Virus record (IMG/VR): IMGVR_UViG_3300042343_001623
Source of the DNA: an uncultured virus (IMG/VR IMGVR_UViG_3300042343_001623)
Lineage: Duplodnaviria; Heunggongvirae; Uroviricota; Caudoviricetes
Strand: one strand, 5' to 3'
DNA length: 64,000 nt
Shown here: positions 49,906-57,617 of the stretch, one piece after another
Layout: every line of letters begins with the position of its first letter
Numbering within the stretch: position 1 is the stretch's first letter
Notes under the pieces: model-generated
Databases searched by the model: none
Told to the model about the DNA's origin: nothing
The model's input: only the letters and a program-made list of their open reading frames with translations
Position numbers and translations under genes: made by a program

Positions 49906-51138
49906 ATGGCTACACAAGGACAAATATCGATCACGGCAACCAATCTTTCTGGTGGATCATATAATTTTGAGATATATATTCGTGAATGTGGTTCGGGTAG
50001 TTGGGGATCTCCGATCGATACTATTCCTTACAGTGGGTTTCCTTATTATTTTAACGTAGATGCCGTTCTCAGTGGATCTGTAACTTGTTTTGAATATTTG
50101 GTAGAAGAACCAACAACGTTGGCTCAATGTACCGGACAAGTTAATTTTGTAACACCAACACCGACGCCAACTAAAACTCAAACACCTACACCAACTAAAA
50201 CTAAAACACCGACACCAACACCTACACCAACATCTTCTGTTGATTCCGGTGTCACTTTGAATCTATATTCAACATATAGTTCGGGTTCTCTGTTGGCGAA
50301 TTATGTGTTGGTAAGAGATAGTATAGCAACTGAGGACATCTCATATCGATTCACAAACACTTTAAAAACAACAGGAGGTACAGAGATTTCAATTGGATCG
50401 TTGATAGAAATACCCACAGGATTTTTAAGTGGGGAAACAATTTCTAAATTACCGTTTAATTCTTATAGTGAAATTGAACCAGGATATTCCAATATCTCAG
50501 CATTTACATCTACTTCATTAGAAACAACTGTTGTTGATCGATATACTGAAGTTACATTCCAAGGAGTTGTTATTCCAAATGTACAATATATTTTCCAAGA
50601 TTGTTGTGGAATTTTACCTAATTTGGAGGTTGTGGTTCCGTTGACTGCGGTTCAGGTAAATTCATCTAATCCTTGGGTTCTACAAGGTAGAGTCATCAGT
50701 TATTTGGGTAATTGTTATAAGCCATTGACTCAAGGAGGAACGGGAACTTTATATTATCCAGCACCAGATGGGTCTACTTGTTCATCTTCAATATGCCCAT
50801 CATGTCAAGTAATTACATCTCCAACACCCACAGTTACAAGGACACCAACAGTTACACCAACTATCACCAAAACACCTACAATCACACCTACAAGTAGTGT
50901 TACACCAACGTCACCATGTTCCGATTGTGAATCTAATTTTGTTGATTGTTATGAGATTATGGGATGTTACTCATATCCAATTGGTGTGAGTCCAACACCT
51001 ACAAGTACAGTTACACCTACACCAACACCAACCTCAACAATAACACCAACTATAACTCCAACACCAAGTGTTACACCAACCAACTTGATTTGTTTGGATC
51101 CTGACGCTGAGGGTTATGTTTATGATTATCCCGAATAA
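49906..51138 (+). CDS. Cys-rich Thr/Pro-repeat protein
   Basis: Three TP tracts; N-domain paralogous to 53384 and 55013; middle domain paralogous to 47614. Confidence 0.7.
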   Translation: MATQGQISITATNLSGGSYNFEIYIRECGSGSWGSPIDTIPYSGFPYYFNVDAVLSGSVTCFEYLVEEPTTLAQCTGQVNFVTPTPTPTKTQTPTPTKTKTPTPTPTPTSSVDSGVTLNLYSTYSSGSLLANYVLVRDSIATEDISYRFTNTLKTTGGTEISIGSLIEIPTGFLSGETISKLPFNSYSEIEPGYSNISAFTSTSLETTVVDRYTEVTFQGVVIPNVQYIFQDCCGILPNLEVVVPLTAVQVNSSNPWVLQGRVISYLGNCYKPLTQGGTGTLYYPAPDGSTCSSSICPSCQVITSPTPTVTRTPTVTPTITKTPTITPTSSVTPTSPCSDCESNFVDCYEIMGCYSYPIGVSPTPTSTVTPTPTPTSTITPTITPTPSVTPTNLICLDPDAEGYVYDYPE

Positions 51139-51157
51139 ATAGAAAAAAAAAGATATA

Positions 51158-53365
51158 ATGCCATTAGGACAACTCTGTTTAACTGATTTAGGTGGATTCG
51201 AATTAACCGATTTGGTTAATATCTATTCCAATGTTGATGGGTTTACCACCCCAATTGTTCAAGATGTTTTGATCGAATCTATGGCGTCTTCTGAAGAGAG
51301 TTGTCCTTACTTGTTGACAGATGTACCCGAAGGTACAACACAAATTTATATAGAGACCGTTGGCGGTGAAGTATGTTTATATTTACCATTTCAAGAGATA
51401 AACTTATGTGAAGATTGTGATTTTGGTTTCAATGAATACACCGCTCAGACGATTGGTATACTCTCTGTTGGTATTTTGACTGCATCATGTACAAGTGAAA
51501 TCACCGACTACGTAATTGATTGGTTTAATTCAAACGGTGAAGTTGTATTAACAAGTGGTTTTGGTGATCAATTTGCCTATACCTTTCCACACCCAATGAC
51601 GGGCAATGCATCACCACCTATAAATCCAGGTATATATGAACCAATTATCAGACAAGTTTTGATAAATGGCGTAATCTTTTCATCGGTCGAATTTGGTAAT
51701 AATAATGTTTTGACTTCATTAAGTGGATGTTTACCTAATATTGAAGTAATTGTTTCTCCGAACACCTGTGACAATGGAAACACTCCAAATGGTACTTATA
51801 GTCATAGTGTCACATATAACGCAGTCGTTGGTGAAATACCCTCGTCAATGGATATAGTCTTGGAAATAGATTCGAGCGTAAACTATATTGCTTGGGCATT
51901 TGATGCCGATGCGATCACTGATCAGATTAAAGTTGTTTTTTCAGGATCGGCATATTCAGAAAAATATATTTTAGATTGGTTCAATGTTGGTCAATTGAAT
52001 ATATCTACAAGTTTTTCAGAACCACCTCCGTATGAAATACAATTTTTACAATCATCATCTGGTGATAGACAAGATTTGAAAAAAGTAAATTGTTTGACAG
52101 GATTTACTGTTTCTGAAGGGGACAAAATAATTTTTGAAGTGATTCCGAATCAATTGAATAATAATACAAATTGGAATTTAAGATATAAATGCTTAGAAAC
52201 ATTTGATTGTGAATCTTGTTGGTTGACCGGTACTTCAAAAATTAATTTAACAAATGCGTTTGGAATAAATTCAATTCAAAATACTTGCACAGATAGAAGA
52301 GCCTTCTTATTTAATTTAAGTGGGTCATGTAGTAGTTTTGAAGACAACCTAAATGATTACTTTCAAACTCAATTCATTATAAATCCACCAGGGGTTAACC
52401 CTACTTGGCCGAATACAGGTTCTTACTTTATAAATAGATTTCTCCCTAACGGATCAACCTCATATTGGGACACAACCTATTTATATTTTACACAATTAAG
52501 TTATAGTAGTTTTCCGATCAGTATTTCTCCCGCATGTAATACACCAAGCACCAACCAAATTCAATTTACCAAAACTTATAACCCAGGTATACAAGAGGCA
52601 ACTATCTACATGTATTTTACTAATCAATCTGAATTTTTATCGTATTGGAATAATTATCTCAGTGTTAGTAACCAATTTTCACCAACACAAAACACAAATG
52701 ATCCTGAATATTATGAAGGTTATGTTTTCATAGTAAGACCACAACTGACACCAAATACTCAATGTGGTGATACAAGTCCTGATCCTATAACTTATTATAT
52801 ACCTAAAGATGCTTTATTCGTATCAGGACAAACAGATGGTGGAGGGTACGAACTTCAAGTTTTTTGGGGTCCAGTATATAATAACATTTCCGCATCGAAT
52901 TGTGCGTATGGTACAATAAACAGTGTGGTTAATAGTTACACAAATTCTAGAACAGGAAATAATACTTCATTTACCAATAATAAAGGATCAAGACCTATAG
53001 ATCCTGTTGGTAAGCTTGAAATTTCGACAATTAATTCACTTAATACTGGTGTAACTTTAAGCTATAATTGGGTTTTCCATAGAAAATTAAATGAGACTTT
53101 ACCAAGAAATTATAACGATACAAATATTATATATCCACAATACAGTTCTGTAACGTGCCCAAATTTATATACTTTGGATCAAGCAAATAGTCCAAATACG
53201 GATTACTATAGAAGAATTTATGCTAGATATAGAATAGAATTAATAAATCCAAGTGATCCTGAAGAATTCCGTGTCTTGAGTCAGTCAGTATCGGGAAATG
53301 ATTTGGCGTTTGTTTTTAGTGGAGGAACAATAAATAATGTGAATACAAATTATGTAATTCAATAA
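51158..53365 (+). CDS. Cys/Asn-rich beta-strand protein, putative virion appendage
   Basis: 735 aa, within the same operon; no long TP tract. Confidence 0.65.
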   Translation: MPLGQLCLTDLGGFELTDLVNIYSNVDGFTTPIVQDVLIESMASSEESCPYLLTDVPEGTTQIYIETVGGEVCLYLPFQEINLCEDCDFGFNEYTAQTIGILSVGILTASCTSEITDYVIDWFNSNGEVVLTSGFGDQFAYTFPHPMTGNASPPINPGIYEPIIRQVLINGVIFSSVEFGNNNVLTSLSGCLPNIEVIVSPNTCDNGNTPNGTYSHSVTYNAVVGEIPSSMDIVLEIDSSVNYIAWAFDADAITDQIKVVFSGSAYSEKYILDWFNVGQLNISTSFSEPPPYEIQFLQSSSGDRQDLKKVNCLTGFTVSEGDKIIFEVIPNQLNNNTNWNLRYKCLETFDCESCWLTGTSKINLTNAFGINSIQNTCTDRRAFLFNLSGSCSSFEDNLNDYFQTQFIINPPGVNPTWPNTGSYFINRFLPNGSTSYWDTTYLYFTQLSYSSFPISISPACNTPSTNQIQFTKTYNPGIQEATIYMYFTNQSEFLSYWNNYLSVSNQFSPTQNTNDPEYYEGYVFIVRPQLTPNTQCGDTSPDPITYYIPKDALFVSGQTDGGGYELQVFWGPVYNNISASNCAYGTINSVVNSYTNSRTGNNTSFTNNKGSRPIDPVGKLEISTINSLNTGVTLSYNWVFHRKLNETLPRNYNDTNIIYPQYSSVTCPNLYTLDQANSPNTDYYRRIYARYRIELINPSDPEEFRVLSQSVSGNDLAFVFSGGTINNVNTNYVIQ

Positions 53366-53383
53366 AAAATAAAAAGAAGGAAA

Positions 53384-55006
53384 ATGCCAACAACGATTCA
53401 AATAAATTTGACAAATCCAGCCGCGGGGGCTACAATTTATGACGTATATGTAAGTGATTGTGAAGGCGGTTCCAATATTTTGGTGGCAAATGACATAAAT
53501 GCGGCCACTTTTCCAATTTATGTTGACCTAAGTGCCGACGAGTTTGGTTTAGACGGTGTTACTTGTTATGAATACATAATTTCAGCAGACACTGGTTGTA
53601 TTTGTGAAAATGTTGTTGGTCAAGTTCCGATTTCACCAACACCAACAAATACACCTACAAATACAGTTACTCCAACAAATACCGTTACCCGCACTGTTAC
53701 ACCAACAGTGACTAGAACACCTACAACTACAACAACTCCAACCCCAACAACAACAGTACCCTGTAGTTGTTTTGAAAATATCTATGTTTGGTATACATGT
53801 AATACAGGTGGACAGTCTTCAACAATTTGTCCCGAACAAATACAAGTTGTGTACACTTTATGTGATCAAACAACCGACAAATTTTTATTATCCGAAGGTG
53901 TCGAAAATCAACAATTGATCACAGATTGTGTTATTTTGAGTTCAATTTCGATTGAAACCGCACAGGCAATACCTGGTCTGAACTTCTTATTGGATACCTC
54001 TGAATCTATTTGCTGTGGTGTACCTGTTTCACCAACACAGACACCAACACAGACTGTGACTCCAACAGTAACACAAACACCAAATAATACACAAACACCT
54101 ACACCAACCCCTACAGTTACAAGAACAGTCACCAAAACACCAACAATTACACCAACAAGGACCAAAACTCCGACTCCAAGTCCTTTTGGTTACACTTGTT
54201 TTAGTGCCGAAACAAAGTATAACCAAGATAGTGAACAACCTATCAATACTTTTGCTAATTTATTTGGTACTTTAGATACTGTTAATGTTCATATTTGTGA
54301 CTTCTTGAATTGTGAAGATATTGAGCAAATTAAGACCGAAGGTAATTTGATAACAACAAACCTGTGTTTTATTTCAACAGATCCAAGACCCACGGTTGTA
54401 GGTGATAGTTCACAAGTATATGTTTTCAGCGCAGGAAGTTATGTACCTCTTACTTATGGAATGTTGACATCGATCACAACAAGTGTTTCACCATCGATTG
54501 CATTCCACTATATAATGTTGAATAATTGTGTATACCAATTCTATCCCGGTTTTCCTGAGAATCCTTCTCCAACATCATCGACACCGATGTTCTTGGAGTT
54601 AGTCAATTGTTGTTCGGGTGATTATAACGTTACAAGAGACTATAATATAACAAATTCTGTGACAAATAGTTGGGATTTTGATAATTACATACCCAATAAC
54701 CCAACTATTACTCTGACAAGAAATGAAGAATACCGATTCCATATCTGTGCTGAGGGATATAAGTTTGCAATTGGAAACTTCAGAGGTAATTTCTTATTGG
54801 ATGGAGATTTCTCACCAATCGTTGATCAAGCAGTAATTTCAACAAATAATACTACAGGTGAAGATCTAGGTACAATAGTATTTACACCAAACGAAGATTA
54901 TGGAAATAATGATTTGTATTATTTCGCATACTCTATAAACGGTCAAACAGCGACAGGTTATCCCAACAGTAATTCGTTCTGGGGACTAATAAATTTACAA
55001 GGATAA
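53384..55006 (+). CDS. Cys-rich Thr/Pro-repeat protein
   Basis: YDVYVSDC..CYEY.IS.DTGCICE N-domain; TP tracts; C-terminal NPTITLTR...YRF beta-domain. Confidence 0.7.
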   Translation: MPTTIQINLTNPAAGATIYDVYVSDCEGGSNILVANDINAATFPIYVDLSADEFGLDGVTCYEYIISADTGCICENVVGQVPISPTPTNTPTNTVTPTNTVTRTVTPTVTRTPTTTTTPTPTTTVPCSCFENIYVWYTCNTGGQSSTICPEQIQVVYTLCDQTTDKFLLSEGVENQQLITDCVILSSISIETAQAIPGLNFLLDTSESICCGVPVSPTQTPTQTVTPTVTQTPNNTQTPTPTPTVTRTVTKTPTITPTRTKTPTPSPFGYTCFSAETKYNQDSEQPINTFANLFGTLDTVNVHICDFLNCEDIEQIKTEGNLITTNLCFISTDPRPTVVGDSSQVYVFSAGSYVPLTYGMLTSITTSVSPSIAFHYIMLNNCVYQFYPGFPENPSPTSSTPMFLELVNCCSGDYNVTRDYNITNSVTNSWDFDNYIPNNPTITLTRNEEYRFHICAEGYKFAIGNFRGNFLLDGDFSPIVDQAVISTNNTTGEDLGTIVFTPNEDYGNNDLYYFAYSINGQTATGYPNSNSFWGLINLQG

Positions 55007-55012
55007 AAAAAA

Positions 55013-57166
55013 ATGCCAACTAATGTACTCGTGGGTCTATCGAATGACACAATAGGTGTTGAAAATTATGATATTTACGTTAGTGATTGTAACGATGGTA
55101 TATTGGTTTATGTGACAGGTATAACATTCGAACAATTCGAATATACTTTTGATATAGAACAATATTTAACGGGATATTCAGGATGTTATAACTATTTTAT
55201 TTCAGGAGATACAGGATGTATTTGTGAAGGACAATACACAAATATACCCGCATCCCCAACTCCAACAAAAACCGTCACACCAACAATAACTCCGACCAAT
55301 ACGGTGACTGCGTCTATAACACCAACAAATACAATCACACCCACGAATACCATTACTCCGACAGTAACACCGACAATTACACGAACACCAACATTAACAC
55401 CAACATTGACTAGAACTGTTACTCCAACATCAACTGTAACTCCAACCCCTCCCTGTCTTTGTTATGAAAACATTCAATTGAGTTTGGTGTGTGATATTCT
55501 TGAAGGTCAAAGCTGTCCTGAGTTTATTTTTGTAGATTATACAACTTGTGGTGGTAGTCAAGCGTCCATTCAATTAAACTACGGAGCTTCAGGTATTTTG
55601 ATCTCAGGTTGTTCGACACTCAATTCATTCCAAGTAAGTAGTTCAACTCCAATCTTGGATGGTCAATTAGTAGTTGATTTCTCTAATGCTGATTGTTGTG
55701 CTGATCCACCTCTCTCTCCGACACCAACACAAACCAGCACATCTACGAATACACCAACACCCACACTTACACCTACCGTGACACCTACAAGTCTCAATTT
55801 CGCGGTTAGTATTTCAGGATGTTGCTTCCCGAATGTTCTTTCTACAACATTTACATTCCCAACCGCAGTATTTGTAGGAAACAGTTTTTATTGGGAAGGA
55901 AACCAACAATTCCCCGCACAGTGTTATTTGATCACAAATGTAATTTCTGTTGGTGATGTTTTCGGAGCACCGATCGCCACGATCGAAGATGTGTATGATC
56001 AATGTTCGGGATGTACAACCGTTAATGTTTGTCCTACACCGACACCAACAGTTACTCCGACCGTAACAGTAACACCTACAGTAACAAGTACACCAACATT
56101 AACCCCAAGTGTTACAAGAACAGTCACTCCAACGTTGAGTCAAAACCTAATATATGCAAGAGTAAGTCCCTGTTGTCCTGAATTATATCCTGGACAGACG
56201 AATATAAGTGTCGTGATGCCAGCATCATCTTATAGTCTCCCGCAGGTTATAGTTGCAGACAATAACTGCTTCACGTTAGGTGTTCAACTTCCTCAACCAG
56301 GTACGATAAATTTGGTTTATCAATCAACATTTACTGCGGGGTCTGGAGATTGCGCATCATGTCTCTTAGTATATCCATGTCCAGTAACACCAACTCCAAC
56401 ACCAACGGTCACTCCAACACCGACACCTTCTACTTATTTCAAGTTGACCCCTTGTTGTGATTATGACCCATCAATAACAATTGAACAAACGGTTGCTAGT
56501 TCCGCGTACAACTTCATTAACGGTAGAAGATATATACTCGATGGTGTGGCATATACAGTAGCGGGTCCATTAACCGGTCCTTCTTCTTACGTTCCATCAA
56601 CAATAAATGGACCATATAACACATGTTCATTGGCTTTAGCGGCTCCTGTTGTACAGTTCTCTTGTTATACACCACCCGCACCTACACCTTCCTCTACACC
56701 AGCATGTGATTGTAGAAGATACGTAAGTGTTTCGTATTTGTGTGATGAGATCGACCAAACAACATTCTGTCAAGGGTCGATAGATTTCAAATATACCGAT
56801 TGTGAAACTTTGGAAGAAGTGGTTTCATCTATCGAGTTGTACAACAGTAAAGTTTTACAAGAATGTGTCGTATTCAATAGTATAGAAGCAATCACCGAAC
56901 TGAACCCCGCGGAATTGTTCATCGTAGAAGTAGGACAGAGTGAGTGTTGTGGATCTGCCCCTCAACCTGATAGTTTGGTTTGGGAGGTCAGAAATTGTGT
57001 CACAGGACTTGTTTCTACCATGTCAGGTCCTTCGACATTAACAAATGGTAACGTTGTAAGAACTTCTGATCTACAATGTTGGTTGGTGTTAAATTTGTCA
57101 CCACAACCTACTTACCAATACGTGTATTCGTCAACTCAAGTGTCTTGTAACGATTGTTTATCATAA
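55013..57166 (+). CDS. Cys-rich Thr/Pro-repeat protein
   Basis: YDIYVSDC..CYNY.ISGDTGCICE N-domain; alternating TP linkers and CC...CY...CxxC modules. Confidence 0.7.
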   Translation: MPTNVLVGLSNDTIGVENYDIYVSDCNDGILVYVTGITFEQFEYTFDIEQYLTGYSGCYNYFISGDTGCICEGQYTNIPASPTPTKTVTPTITPTNTVTASITPTNTITPTNTITPTVTPTITRTPTLTPTLTRTVTPTSTVTPTPPCLCYENIQLSLVCDILEGQSCPEFIFVDYTTCGGSQASIQLNYGASGILISGCSTLNSFQVSSSTPILDGQLVVDFSNADCCADPPLSPTPTQTSTSTNTPTPTLTPTVTPTSLNFAVSISGCCFPNVLSTTFTFPTAVFVGNSFYWEGNQQFPAQCYLITNVISVGDVFGAPIATIEDVYDQCSGCTTVNVCPTPTPTVTPTVTVTPTVTSTPTLTPSVTRTVTPTLSQNLIYARVSPCCPELYPGQTNISVVMPASSYSLPQVIVADNNCFTLGVQLPQPGTINLVYQSTFTAGSGDCASCLLVYPCPVTPTPTPTVTPTPTPSTYFKLTPCCDYDPSITIEQTVASSAYNFINGRRYILDGVAYTVAGPLTGPSSYVPSTINGPYNTCSLALAAPVVQFSCYTPPAPTPSSTPACDCRRYVSVSYLCDEIDQTTFCQGSIDFKYTDCETLEEVVSSIELYNSKVLQECVVFNSIEAITELNPAELFIVEVGQSECCGSAPQPDSLVWEVRNCVTGLVSTMSGPSTLTNGNVVRTSDLQCWLVLNLSPQPTYQYVYSSTQVSCNDCLS

Positions 57167-57176
57167 CATTCAGTGA

Positions 57177-57551
57177 ATGGAATTTAATATCAGTAAAAAA
57201 AGCACGTTACCCCTCCTTAAAGTAGAACTTACTAAGGATGGGGTAACGATGTTTACTGATTTTATAGATGACCTTGAAAAGGCGACGATTTTTTTTTCAA
57301 TGAATGATGTTGCCACAGGAACCAAGAAAGTTGTAAACGAAAGGGCGTATATTACAGCAAAAGAATTTACTGAACCTGAAACAAATACCGAATATTATAT
57401 TTTTTATAAATTCAGATCTCAGGACACAAACAGGGTTGGAAGATATGAAGGTGAATTTTTTATATCTATACCCGGAAAAGGTGTTTTAAAAACTCCCATC
57501 CGTGAACCTTTATTTATTAATGTCAAGGACTCGATTGATTTAACGATCTAA
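57177..57551 (+). CDS. BppU-N-like baseplate adaptor domain protein
   Basis: F.I.K.STLP.LKVEL...IFFSM...Y.F...DT..VG.Y.GEF; paralogous to the N-terminus of 47614. Confidence 0.55.
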   Translation: MEFNISKKSTLPLLKVELTKDGVTMFTDFIDDLEKATIFFSMNDVATGTKKVVNERAYITAKEFTEPETNTEYYIFYKFRSQDTNRVGRYEGEFFISIPGKGVLKTPIREPLFINVKDSIDLTI

Positions 57552-57594
57552 TTGTTTTATGTTTTTCAAAAGGTAAATGTCGGATGACCCGACA
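57535..57594 (+). promoter_or_regulatory. promoter-like TTG-N20-TATGTTTT followed by a 5'-UTR hairpin upstream of polB
   Basis: TTGATT 57535-57540, TATGTTTT 57558-57565, TGTCGG-atgac-CCGACA 57578-57594. Confidence 0.6.
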
Positions 57595-57617
57595 GCTAAT
57601 AAACCATTTGAAAAATT

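Noticed and set aside
47954..54238. Antisense and alternate-frame ORFs rich in VGV, CNC or HQL (for example 47958-48569, 48070-48333, 53908-54165)
   Set aside because: Shadows of the TP-repeat codons in the real plus-strand genes
47614..57166. Diversity-generating retroelement acting on the appendage genes
   Set aside because: No reverse transcriptase and no TR/VR pair differing only at adenines in the window
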